Shown: piece after piece, positions 51,740 to 61,478 of the stretch
Position numbering within the stretch: the stretch's first letter is position 1
How the letters are laid out: each line of letters begins with the position of its first letter
Source of the DNA: Thermodesulfobacteriota bacterium
GTDB taxonomy: Bacteria; Desulfobacterota_D; UBA1144; Nemesobacterales; N074bin48
DNA length: 64,000 nucleotides
Direction of reading: 5' to 3'
Assembly (NCBI GenBank): GCA_041572575.1
Contig: JBFFSH010000001.1
Span: forward strand, 31,369 to 95,368
Position numbers and translations under genes: made by a program
Notes under the pieces: generated by a model
What the model was told of the DNA's origin: nothing
Seen by the model: the letters and a program-made list of their open reading frames with translations, nothing else
Database searches by the model: none

Positions 51740-52720
51740 TTAATTTCGCCAGTTCTGCGGCACGTCATTTTGCTGGGCGTATTTTTCCAGTCTTTGAAGC
51801 AGTTTTGTAGATTCCTGATGCTGCCATAATGCAAGGTTTTTAAGATCTTTTACTTCACTATCTGTCATATTTAAGTTTATTCTCGATTTTCTTTCCATTT
51901 CATTTAAAAGCTCGCTTACTTGTTTCCACTCCTGCTGAAAAGCTCTGAACTCTGCAAACGATCTCCTCCACCAATTCTCTGAATGTCCGGCGGGAAGGTC
52001 AGAATTTCCCGGGTTTTCCTGAAGAACAATATAGTTGTTAACATTATCTATGCTTATTGAGTAGTTGCCCATAAAGTCCATACCGATAAGCCCCTCAAAG
52101 GCTTCAGACATTGATGTAGTAATTATTGCAGGCACAAAGCTCTCTGTTGCCCCGCCAATTTCTACTTCATCTATTATTGTCCTCATCACATTTACCTACC
52201 CCCCAATACCACTTGCCACGCTAAGAAGAAGACCACTATTATTTTCATAAAGCCCCAGCTTTTTTGCAAGACTTTGCGAAATGATCATCCCCGGGGAGCC
52301 AGTATCGAGTGCAAGCTGGGCCGTAATATCATTGTTAATAGTTACCGGAATTATTATTCTTCTTGCTGCGCCTTCAAAAGGCGTAAATGGAATTTTGTAA
52401 ACTTCGCCCCCGCCCACAAAAGTATTTATCAGTTCATCTGTGTTTGAAAAATCATCATTTTGAGGGGAGTTACCTATATTATGGTTATCGCCAAATTTTA
52501 TTGAGTTTGATTCCTTGCGGTATTGTTCAGGTACACCGGCCTCGGTGTTGGAATAGTGTTTTACCCCGTTTTCATCTGTCCATTCATAGATATTCTGAGC
52601 AAAAACAGGGTTTGCTAATAGAAGTAATGCAAGAGGCAAAAGTAAGAATAAATTACCCGTAAATATTCTAAAAAGGCTGTTATAAAAAAATCCCCACATG
52701 GAATAAAAGTATAATAGCAA
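51740..52720 (-). pseudogene. DUF4124-like domain + retropepsin-like aspartic protease interrupted by one in-frame TAG (52196-52198)
   Basis: IYEWTDENGVKHYSN; LDTGS in the 5' ORF and GLIGMDF in the 3' ORF; both ORFs share a frame: GGG GGG TAG GTA AAT GTG ATG. Confidence 0.75.
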
Positions 52721-52785
52721 GAAGCAAAGATTGCCACAAAAACTTATTATTTTGGCTTTAACAAGTTAGAAATGCAGTAAATAAA

Positions 52786-55221
52786 TTACTGCTCGCGTTC
52801 AATAACCTTGGCCACAGCAGCAACTCTTTCATCTTCGTTAAGACCTATGAGCCTTAGACCCTGAGTTCCTCTGCCGTATACGCTTATTTCAGATGCATCC
52901 ATTCTAATGACTTTTCCGCCGTGTGTGGTAATTATCATGATCTGCATGTCATCTGTAACCTGAAAGGCGCCCACTACCCTGCCAGTCTTATCATTTGTCT
53001 TTAGTGTTATTACTCCCTTACCGCCTCTTCCTGTAAGCCTATATTCTGTAACCTGTGTTCTCTTACCGTATCCCATCTCTGTTACTGTGAGCACCTGTGC
53101 ATTTTGGTTTTCTATTACTTCGAGGCTCACTACAACATCGTCCTTACCAAGCCTTATGCCTATAACTCCTGTTGCGGTTCTGCCCATGTCTCTTACATCA
53201 CCCTCTTTGAACCTGATGGCCTGACCATTTCTTGTTGAAAGCAGTATCTCACTCTCACCGCTGGTAAGCCTTGCGCCTATAAGCTCATCGCCATCTTTTA
53301 TATTCAGGGCTATTATGCCACCCACTCTTGGCTTTGAGTAAGCCATGAGCTTAGTCTTTTTAACAGTACCGCCTCTTGTTGCCATTATGATATATTGATC
53401 GTCTTTAAACTCTATTACAGGCAGTACGGCTGCGACTTGTTCGTTCTCTGCCAAATTGAGCAGGTTCACAAGCGCTTTTCCTCTTGTAGTAGGACCGGAT
53501 TCAGGTATCTCGTGTACTTTTAGCCAGTAACAACGTCCAAGGTTGCTAAAAAACAGCACATAGTTGTGCTTGGATGCTATAAACAGGTCTTCAACAAAAT
53601 CGGTGTCCTTTGTAGACATTCCGGTCTTACCCTTCCCACCTCTTCTCTGGCTTCTGTAGATGCTAAGAGGAGTGGTCTTGATATAACCGTCATGAGTTAT
53701 AGTTACAACCATATCCTCATCGGCTATGAGGTCTTCAATGGACATATCGCCAATGTCATCCACAATCTCAGTTCTTCTGGGATCTGCATACTTGTCCTTA
53801 ATTTCTTCAAGCTCTTTTATGATGATATCGAGCACAAGCTGTTCTTTTGCCAGTATCTCTTTTAGTTTCTTTACGACTTCAATAAGCTCTTTTCTTTCTT
53901 CTAGAATTTTATCTCTTTCTAAAGCTGTAAGCCTCTGCAGTCTCATATCCAGTATGGCCTGGGCCTGAATCTCTGTAAGGGAAAGTTTTTGTACAAGGCC
54001 TGCCTTTGCATCAGCCGGGCTTCCGGATTTGCGGATTAGCGCAATTACTTCATCAATATTATCGAGCGCAATCTTTAAGCCTTCCAGTATATGAAGTCTT
54101 TCTTCGGCTTTTCTAAGCTCATACTGGGTTCTTCTTGTGACAACCTCTTTTCTATGATCAATAAAATTACTTATTACATCTTTTAGAGGAAGCACCTTTG
54201 GCTGATTTCTTACAAGTGCCAGCATGATGATTCCAAAAGATGTGTCCATCGGGGTGTGCTTGTAGAGCTGGTTTAGAATTACTTCGGATATCTCACCCCT
54301 CTTAAGCTCAACGACTACCCTTATGCCGTCTCTGTCAGACTCATCCCTTATATCGGAAATGCCTTTTATCTTTTCGTCTTTTACAAGGTCAACTATACGT
54401 TCAATGAGCCTCTTCTTGTTAACCTGATAGGGAAGCTCTGTAATAATAATTACTTCTCTGTCGCCCTTTTTCTGCCTTTCAATAAATGCACGGGCACGAA
54501 TTTTAATAATTCCACGCCCTGTTTCATAAGCGTCTCTTATTGCACCCCTTCCGGAAATAAAACCATGGGTTGGAAAATCAGGTCCTGGTATGTGGGTCAT
54601 AAGCTCGGTTACCGTTATATCAGGATTTTTTATCTGGGCTATAACACCACTTACAAGCTCGCCTAAATTGTGGGGAGGAATGTTGGTAGACATACCGACT
54701 GCAATACCGGATGAACCGTTTAGAAGAAGATTTGGTATTTTCGAGGGTAGGACTACGGGTTCTCTGGAACTGCCGTCATAGTTTTCAACAAAATCTACGG
54801 TTTCTTTATCGAGATCATCGAGCATTTCAGAAGTGATCTTTCTGAGTCTCACCTCTGTGTAACGCATTGCTGCTGGGGGATCATCATCAATCGAGCCGAA
54901 ATTTCCCTGACCGTCTATTAACTGATAACGCATCGAAAAATCCTGCGCCATTCTTACTAATGTGTCATAGATTGCAGAGTCGCCATGGGGATGATATTTA
55001 CCCATAACGTCTCCCACGATTCTTGCAGACTTCTTGTAAGGCCTGTTATAGGCATTTCCGGCTTCGTGCATGCCAAAGAGGATTCTTCTGTGTACCGGTT
55101 TCAGCCCGTCCCTTACATCTGGTAGCGCTCTTCCGATGATTACACTCATCGAATAGCTGATGTAAGATTCCTTCATCTCAGCTTCAATATTAATTGGTAC
55201 TATTTGGGACGAACCGGGCAT
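52786..55221 (-). CDS. gyrA: DNA gyrase subunit A
   Basis: [30 protein letters not shown], GyrA-box QRRGGKG; GGAGG RBS before ATG 55221. Confidence 0.97.
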   Translation of the reverse strand: MPGSSQIVPINIEAEMKESYISYSMSVIIGRALPDVRDGLKPVHRRILFGMHEAGNAYNRPYKKSARIVGDVMGKYHPHGDSAIYDTLVRMAQDFSMRYQLIDGQGNFGSIDDDPPAAMRYTEVRLRKITSEMLDDLDKETVDFVENYDGSSREPVVLPSKIPNLLLNGSSGIAVGMSTNIPPHNLGELVSGVIAQIKNPDITVTELMTHIPGPDFPTHGFISGRGAIRDAYETGRGIIKIRARAFIERQKKGDREVIIITELPYQVNKKRLIERIVDLVKDEKIKGISDIRDESDRDGIRVVVELKRGEISEVILNQLYKHTPMDTSFGIIMLALVRNQPKVLPLKDVISNFIDHRKEVVTRRTQYELRKAEERLHILEGLKIALDNIDEVIALIRKSGSPADAKAGLVQKLSLTEIQAQAILDMRLQRLTALERDKILEERKELIEVVKKLKEILAKEQLVLDIIIKELEEIKDKYADPRRTEIVDDIGDMSIEDLIADEDMVVTITHDGYIKTTPLSIYRSQRRGGKGKTGMSTKDTDFVEDLFIASKHNYVLFFSNLGRCYWLKVHEIPESGPTTRGKALVNLLNLAENEQVAAVLPVIEFKDDQYIIMATRGGTVKKTKLMAYSKPRVGGIIALNIKDGDELIGARLTSGESEILLSTRNGQAIRFKEGDVRDMGRTATGVIGIRLGKDDVVVSLEVIENQNAQVLTVTEMGYGKRTQVTEYRLTGRGGKGVITLKTNDKTGRVVGAFQVTDDMQIMIITTHGGKVIRMDASEISVYGRGTQGLRLIGLNEDERVAAVAKVIEREQ

Positions 55222-55262
55222 AGAAACCTCCAAAAATTAAATAACTTAAAACAGAATATATG

Positions 55263-55309
55263 ACACTGTATATAGTGTCAAAAAGAGTTTTACATTCAAT
55301 ATATTGTAT
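55263..55309. promoter_or_regulatory. Tandem NrdR-box-like palindromes upstream of gyrA
   Basis: ACACTGTATATAGTGT (55263-55278) and ATTCAATATATTGTAT (55294-55309), starts 31 bp apart. Confidence 0.6.
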
Positions 55310-55337
55310 CTGAAAGTATTAAAAAGTCATTAAAATA

Positions 55338-55410
55338 TGCCCAGGGGCGGAATCGAACCACCGACACGTGGATTTTCAGTCCACTGCTCTACCGACTGAG
55401 CTACCTGGGC
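55338..55410 (-). tRNA. tRNA-Phe (GAA), CCA not encoded
   Basis: Minus strand GCCCAGGTAGCTCAGTCGGTAGAGCAGTGGACTGAAAATCCACGTGTCGGTGGTTCGATTCCGCCCCTGGGCA. Confidence 0.96.
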
Positions 55411-55529
55411 ACTAAAAACTAATATTTCATTCAAAGATCAATTCGAAAATGAAGGCTTATTCTACCCTAGTCATAAAGCACTCGCAAGGATTAACTTTGC
55501 TAATTTAAATAAAAGGATATACTTAAGAA

Positions 55530-56450
55530 ATGATGCAGATAGGGCTTACACTTCCAATTAGAAACGATATAGACGCAAAGACCAATATTGAGATCGGGGT
55601 GGAAGCTGAGAAGCTGGGGTTTGACTCTGTCTGGGTAAGCGATCATGTTGTTGTTCCAACAAACCACATAGGAAGTTTTAGTGAGATATTCCACGATCCG
55701 TTTGTGCTGCTTTCTGCACTTGCAGGAGTAACCAAGAAAATCAGTCTCGGTACAAGCCTTATCATACTTCCATATAGAAACCCCATCGTGGTTGCCAAGA
55801 TGATTTCCACATTGGATCAACTCTCAGATGGCAGGGTAATTTTCGGAGTTGGAACAGGCTGGATGAAAGAAGAGTTTGATACCCTTGCGGTTCCATTTAA
55901 AGAGAGGGGAAAGAGGTCTAATGAATATATTGAAATTATCAAAAATTTGTGGACTGAGGAAAATCCTGAATTCGATGGAGAATTTTTTAGTTATAGTGAT
56001 ATAAAATTTGAACCCAAATCAGTTCAAAAGCCCCACCCTCCAATACTCGTGGGTGGCAACAGTGAAAAAGCATGGCAAAGGGCAGTGCTTCATGGATCAG
56101 GCTGGCAGCCCACCTGGTACAGCCCGGAAAAGATGGAAGAGGAACAGGAAAAACTAAAAGAATTTGCTTCCGAAAACGATAAAGATCTGGACAACTTTTT
56201 CTTTACCGTAAGAAACAGGATTGCTTTAAAACATGAAAAACTATCTAAAGATTATACTAAAGAGCTTGGAGAAAATAAACCAGCATATCTCTTTTCTGGT
56301 TCGGTTGATTCTATTTTGGCTGACATGGAGAAGTTCAGAAGCTTAGGAATAGAACACATACTACTCGACCCGGTAGTAGATGATCTGGATGACTATTCTA
56401 AAGTTATGGAGATAATATCAGATGAGATTATCCCTGCTATTAAACCCTAA
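55530..56450 (+). CDS. LLM-class oxidoreductase, probably F420-dependent
   Basis: GFDSVWVSDHVVVP, LDQLSDGR, GVGTGW..EEF, PPILVGG. Confidence 0.85.
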   Translation: MMQIGLTLPIRNDIDAKTNIEIGVEAEKLGFDSVWVSDHVVVPTNHIGSFSEIFHDPFVLLSALAGVTKKISLGTSLIILPYRNPIVVAKMISTLDQLSDGRVIFGVGTGWMKEEFDTLAVPFKERGKRSNEYIEIIKNLWTEENPEFDGEFFSYSDIKFEPKSVQKPHPPILVGGNSEKAWQRAVLHGSGWQPTWYSPEKMEEEQEKLKEFASENDKDLDNFFFTVRNRIALKHEKLSKDYTKELGENKPAYLFSGSVDSILADMEKFRSLGIEHILLDPVVDDLDDYSKVMEIISDEIIPAIKP

Positions 56451-56456
56451 TATTAT

Positions 56457-56873
56457 TTATTGCTGACCCTTTTGCTGTTCTTTTCTTTTTGATACAACTT
56501 CATAAACACCCTTCCAATACTTTCCCCAGTATGAGTTTTTCTTGTGATTTTGCAGCTGAGTCTCTGCCCAGTTCAGCACTTCATCTACGCTTGAATGAAA
56601 GAGAAGGAGTTTATTTGCAGCCTCTTCAATATCTTCATCATATAGCTCCATATTGTTCAGTTTACCGTTAATATTGTTAGTAAGCTCATCAATGTTCTTG
56701 CGAATTCTCCCTACCGCTCTGCTTATTGAATTAACTGATTTCTTGGATTCCCCAGGAAGATCGTTTAATTCTTTTTTCATTAACTTTGCATAATCCCCGA
56801 CTTTATCCAAAGCAGCAGCAGCTCTTTTTGTTTCCTGAATCAGTCCTGTAAGTTTTTGCGGGCTAAGTCCCAT
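56457..56873 (-). CDS. Hypothetical coiled-coil protein
   Basis: 138-aa ORF with GAGG RBS and heptad-like helical composition. Confidence 0.65.
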   Translation of the reverse strand: MGLSPQKLTGLIQETKRAAAALDKVGDYAKLMKKELNDLPGESKKSVNSISRAVGRIRKNIDELTNNINGKLNNMELYDEDIEEAANKLLLFHSSVDEVLNWAETQLQNHKKNSYWGKYWKGVYEVVSKRKEQQKGQQ

Positions 56874-56896
56874 TGTTCACCTCACTATAATAATAA

Positions 56897-57700
56897 TTAA
56901 TTAGCTCTATAGATGATAATACCTGCTTTAGTAGAAAAATACCCAATCAAATCCTCATCAACTACTTTCATATACTCATCTTTAGAAGATGCATGTCGTA
57001 AGAAAGTTTTACCTTCCTTTTTGATAATGATACCGGTATGTGATACATCCAGTCCATCAAGGTCTGTATAAATCCCGGCATAGTCTCCTGTATTCATTTT
57101 ATTTAGAATGTCATCATCAATCGACTCTGATGGTATGTATGCAATTTCCCGCTCAACCACAGCAATTCCAGGCAAATATAATGACCCGTCTTTCTTTTTG
57201 TTTAGAAACTTCTTGGTAGACTTAGCTTTATCCCCACCTATATCTTTTGTTACATCCTTAATCCTTTCTTTATTGTAAACAGGCCAGTCACTGAAGAAGT
57301 GATTACGTTTTTTAAAATCAACTTTGGAGTTTTGATATCTGATTTTTTTAACACTATCTCCAAATTGGTTAAAGCTTTTGGATATAGCTAAACCTTCTAC
57401 ATAATCAAGATATGTAAAACAGTCCACCCCTTTTAGGTTTATTGTAAATATTTCAGGTGTGTTAATATCCCCGGTAAGCGTATGGTCTTTATAGGCTGTA
57501 CCCAGAAATTTCGAAGATATATAGTCAATCTTCTCTCCTTCATCTTTAAAGAAAGAAGAAGCTTGCACGATCTGCTGTAGTTTTGGTTCTGTAAAACTGC
57601 CGTAATCTATTTTAGCTTTTTCTTCAGACTCAATGGTACTAGCAAAGAATACAGAAGAACAAAGAACAGCGGTGAAGATACATATAATTTTAATTTTCAT
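56897..57700 (-). CDS. DUF1460 family exported protein (NlpC/P60-related amidase-like)
   Basis: Signal peptide, FLGTAY, VDCFTYLDYV, RNHFFSDW, GLDVSHTG, HASS. Confidence 0.85.
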   Translation of the reverse strand: MKIKIICIFTAVLCSSVFFASTIESEEKAKIDYGSFTEPKLQQIVQASSFFKDEGEKIDYISSKFLGTAYKDHTLTGDINTPEIFTINLKGVDCFTYLDYVEGLAISKSFNQFGDSVKKIRYQNSKVDFKKRNHFFSDWPVYNKERIKDVTKDIGGDKAKSTKKFLNKKKDGSLYLPGIAVVEREIAYIPSESIDDDILNKMNTGDYAGIYTDLDGLDVSHTGIIIKKEGKTFLRHASSKDEYMKVVDEDLIGYFSTKAGIIIYRAN

Positions 57701-57732
57701 GTTATTAGGTTAACAAATAATATTATGTATGC

Positions 57733-59103
57733 TCAGTCTTCTTTTTCATCCTCACTACCTAATCCATACTCTTTTATCTTATAGAGCAGCCCTCTTCTGC
57801 TTATGCCCAATGTTTCAGCGGCTTTAGTTCTGTTGCCCCCAGTCTGAGACAGAGCTTTTTCAATATACAGCTTCTCAAGCTTATTCATCGCTTCATCAAG
57901 CTTAAGTGATCCTATCCAAAGCTTTGGGTCATCCTGCTCGTCTCTTTGTACAATTTCGACTTCATCAATAATATCACTCTGGGTGAGGATCATGGTTTTT
58001 TCTATCAGGTTTTCAAGCTCCCTTACATTCCCTGGCCAGGGGAAAGAAATAAGCTTATCCATCACCTTTTTTGTAACACCTTTTACATTTGATCCCAGTT
58101 TTTCATTATACTTTTCTATAAAATAATCAACTAACACTGCAATATCGTCTTGTCTTTGCCTAAGCGGCGGAATTTCTATGGGCATCACGTGGAGTCTGTA
58201 AAAAAGGTCTGCCCTAAATTCACTCTTTTCTATCTGCTCAGTTAAATCCCTCGATGTTGCAGCCAGAATTCTTACATCAATCTTGTTTGTTTTAGTCCCC
58301 CCTAGCCTTCTGATCTCCTCATCCTGCAGGGTCCTTAAAAGCTTTGGCTGTAAAGCTATGGGAAATTCTCCAATCTCATCCAAGAACAGCGTGCCGCCGT
58401 CGGCTTGTTCAAAAAGCCCGGGTTTGGATTTTGCAGCACCGCTAAATGCACCGACTTCATATCCAAACAGCTCACTCTCAAGTAAGTTTTCGGGAATCGC
58501 TGCACAGTTTACGGCAACAAACGGTTTATCCTTCCTTGAGCTGTTAGCATGAATTGATCTTGCAACAAGCTCCTTACCAGTCCCACTCTCTCCTGTTATA
58601 AGCACTGTAGTTTTATAATCACTTACCTTCGATGCAAGCTCTATGATCCCTTTCATTTTAGCGTCTTTACAAACGATATCTTCAAATCCAACCTCTTTTC
58701 TGAGCTCTTTTTTAAGCGCTACATTTTCCCTTTTGAGCTTCTTCCTTTCTTCAGACATTTTCATGCGCAATATGAGCTCATCGATATTAACGGGCTTATT
58801 TATATAGTCCGATGCGCCAAACTTGATTGCTTTTATAGAGCTTTCAATAGTACCGTATGCTGAAATCATAATAATAATTGAATCAACTTGTTGTTTTTTT
58901 AATTCGGCCAGAAACTCAAGCCCGTCCATATCGGGCATTTTAATATCAGATATGATAAAGTCGTATTTTTTGCCGGAGCCAAGAAGTTTAAGAGCATGAA
59001 CTGCATCCCGTACAGTATCACAACTGTAGCCCTCCATCTTTAATATTAAAGACATGGACTCTCTTACTCCAGGCTCGTCATCTACAATTAATACTGTGAT
59101 CAT
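57733..59103 (-). CDS. sigma54-dependent response regulator (NtrC family)
   Basis: REC + GESGTGKE, GAFSGA, FLDEIG, WPGNVREL, HTH. Confidence 0.92.
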   Translation of the reverse strand: MITVLIVDDEPGVRESMSLILKMEGYSCDTVRDAVHALKLLGSGKKYDFIISDIKMPDMDGLEFLAELKKQQVDSIIIMISAYGTIESSIKAIKFGASDYINKPVNIDELILRMKMSEERKKLKRENVALKKELRKEVGFEDIVCKDAKMKGIIELASKVSDYKTTVLITGESGTGKELVARSIHANSSRKDKPFVAVNCAAIPENLLESELFGYEVGAFSGAAKSKPGLFEQADGGTLFLDEIGEFPIALQPKLLRTLQDEEIRRLGGTKTNKIDVRILAATSRDLTEQIEKSEFRADLFYRLHVMPIEIPPLRQRQDDIAVLVDYFIEKYNEKLGSNVKGVTKKVMDKLISFPWPGNVRELENLIEKTMILTQSDIIDEVEIVQRDEQDDPKLWIGSLKLDEAMNKLEKLYIEKALSQTGGNRTKAAETLGISRRGLLYKIKEYGLGSEDEKED

Positions 59104-59109
59104 AATCTT

Positions 59110-60579
59110 TTATCTAAACCTTATACTAAAAACAGATCCTTCTCCCTGCTTACTTTGCACTTTTAACTGCCCACCAAAATGCTGCACTATCCGAGCTGAA
59201 ACCGACAGGCCAAGTCCCGTTCCTTTTCCAGGCTCTTTTGTAGTAAAAAAGGGATCAAATATTTTATCTATATTTTCTTCGGAAATTCCCATACCGTTAT
59301 CTTTTATACTCATATTTACCGCATCAGCCTCATTTTGAGATGTGATAATAATTTGTCCTTTCTGCTCTGTGGCATCAACCGCATTTAGCAATAGGTTTAT
59401 TATAACCTGAGAGAGTTGATGGGGATCAGCATCTACCATCTTCAGATTCCGGTCAAGATTTATCTGAAGGTCTATATCATTGAATATCCCCTGAGTCTGC
59501 AGAACTTTAACCGAATCAGCTATTATATCATTTAAATTTACTTTCTTTATCTCAAATTCTTTTGCCCTTGCATATTCCAGAAGCGTTTTAATTATTCTAT
59601 CAATCCTGGAGACTTCATTTTTGATATTATCAAGAAACCGTTTTCTATCTTCAGAGCTCAAATCGGTGGATTTATTTAGTACATCCACATAACCCGTGAT
59701 TGCGCTTAAAGGATTGCCTATTTCATGTGCTATACCCGCAGAGAGCTTACCAAGTGAGGCAAACTTTTCAGACGCTATTAACTCCTTTTGTGTACTCTTT
59801 ATAACCTCATTAGATCTTTGCAGTGCAGTAATATTTTCCTCGAGCTTGCCCTTACTTTCTTCAATTTGCTGGTGCATTGTATCCAGGGCGTTTCCAAGCT
59901 GGTTCAGCTCTCTTACATTTCCCATATCCATATTCTCGGGAAACCTGCCCTCTGCGATTTTTTCTGTAGCAAATATGAGTTCTTTCACGGGTTTTATTAT
60001 CCTGTTAGAAAGAACATAGAAACCCAAAGACGCAATAATGATCAAAAAAAGCACTATCCATATGGAAACCTGCTGCTGGCCGCTTAAAATATTGCTCCTT
60101 AGAGAAGAAAGCGGCTGATATATAAGGATCACCCCTTTTGAGTTTGCGCTTTTTATGGGTGAGGCGATTTTGAGTGCTTCATGAAACTTTATGGGCGGAA
60201 GATTAAAACCCTTAAGCTCAACAACTGTTTCACCGGTTCTCATTACATCCAGTATTTGAGGGTCTGTAACTACGATTTGTTTTCGATTGTTAGTAGTGGA
60301 AAATGCCGTTCTTCTCGTTCCATCCGCGATCACTCCCCATGCGCCTGTTTCGAGGGTATTCTCTAAAAATATTATTCCTGATGGAACATCACCTGAGCTG
60401 TAGTATACATTTTCAAAGGTCTCTATTATAGATTTAAGTCCCTCGGTTTTTCCACTGAGAGCAAACCTCTCCATCACATTAAAAGCTATGAGGGAAATAA
60501 GCAGCATTGCAACGGCGGTTATAAAAAGTATGGTAAATAAAATCTCTAAACTTAAGCCCACCTGCCTTTTATCATTCAT
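59110..60579 (-). CDS. HAMP-domain sensor histidine kinase
   Basis: Two TM segments, HAMP, IAHEIGNPL, PFFTTK, GTGLGL. Confidence 0.92.
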   Translation of the reverse strand: MNDKRQVGLSLEILFTILFITAVAMLLISLIAFNVMERFALSGKTEGLKSIIETFENVYYSSGDVPSGIIFLENTLETGAWGVIADGTRRTAFSTTNNRKQIVVTDPQILDVMRTGETVVELKGFNLPPIKFHEALKIASPIKSANSKGVILIYQPLSSLRSNILSGQQQVSIWIVLFLIIIASLGFYVLSNRIIKPVKELIFATEKIAEGRFPENMDMGNVRELNQLGNALDTMHQQIEESKGKLEENITALQRSNEVIKSTQKELIASEKFASLGKLSAGIAHEIGNPLSAITGYVDVLNKSTDLSSEDRKRFLDNIKNEVSRIDRIIKTLLEYARAKEFEIKKVNLNDIIADSVKVLQTQGIFNDIDLQINLDRNLKMVDADPHQLSQVIINLLLNAVDATEQKGQIIITSQNEADAVNMSIKDNGMGISEENIDKIFDPFFTTKEPGKGTGLGLSVSARIVQHFGGQLKVQSKQGEGSVFSIRFR

Positions 60580-60610
60580 AGAAGTAGATTATTAATAAAG
60601 CGATTGTGAT

Positions 60611-61450
60611 TTAATCTATGAAGTAATCTAAACTCAAATCACCGCAAAAACAATACAGCGTTGCCGCAAATGAGATAAATGGGCCAAAGGGAATAGCATA
60701 TTTCAGATCACCTTTATTGCGAAGCATTATTCCTATTCCGATTATAGTTCCAATGAGTGAGCTTATTAGGGCAACAAAAATTATGCTTCTCCAGCCAAGA
60801 AACGCTCCCACCATTGCCATAAGTTTAACATCTCCAAGCCCCAGTCCGTCCATCTTTCTTACATTTTTGTATGCAAACCCGATTAGCAGTAATGAGCCGG
60901 CGCCAATAAATGCGCCAAATACAGAGCTGAATATCCTTACTTCATCAAGCACATACAGGATATAAAGAAAATTGTAATGAAGATTGTCCAAGAGAAACCT
61001 TAGCGAGTCATAATCGGTAATAAGAGCACTGTATATGAGACCGACAACTACACCGGGATAGCTTATTACATTTGGAATAATCATGTGTTCAAGGTCTATA
61101 AAGGTAATTACAATAAGTGACATCACAAATATAAACAGAAACACGAAGTTTATAGTAGGTCCGTATTTAATAAATAGCAGAAGTGATAACAATCCGGCAA
61201 GAAATTCTACAAGCGGGTAGTCCCAACTGTATTTTTCCTTACAGTTATAACACCTGCCACCCAGCACAAGGTAGCTAATAATGGGAATGTTGTGATAAAA
61301 CGGAATGGGTTTTTTGCATGAAGTGCAGTGCGACGACGGAAAAACCAGTGAAATATCATTTGGCAGCCGGTATATGCAAACATTAAGGAAACTTCCCACG
61401 GCTGCACCAAATATAAAAGAAAATATCAGAAGTATTGTGTTTGGATCCAC
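60611..61450 (-). CDS. pilD: Prepilin peptidase
   Basis: GSFLNVCIYRLP, CTSC/CYNC, FIDLE, GLGDVKL, PFGPF; GTG start. Confidence 0.95.
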   Translation of the reverse strand: MDPNTILLIFSFIFGAAVGSFLNVCIYRLPNDISLVFPSSHCTSCKKPIPFYHNIPIISYLVLGGRCYNCKEKYSWDYPLVEFLAGLLSLLLFIKYGPTINFVFLFIFVMSLIVITFIDLEHMIIPNVISYPGVVVGLIYSALITDYDSLRFLLDNLHYNFLYILYVLDEVRIFSSVFGAFIGAGSLLLIGFAYKNVRKMDGLGLGDVKLMAMVGAFLGWRSIIFVALISSLIGTIIGIGIMLRNKGDLKYAIPFGPFISFAATLYCFCGDLSLDYFID

Positions 61451-61478
61451 TCAAAGTTCCCGGAATGTGACATGAATA

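Noticed and set aside
55335..55338. tRNA-Phe lacks an encoded CCA
   Set aside because: Common in bacteria, where CCA is added enzymatically; not evidence of a pseudogene.
50474..55410. Possible genomic island at tRNA-Gly or tRNA-Phe
   Set aside because: No integrase, no duplicated tRNA 3' end seen, and the interval contains gyrA.
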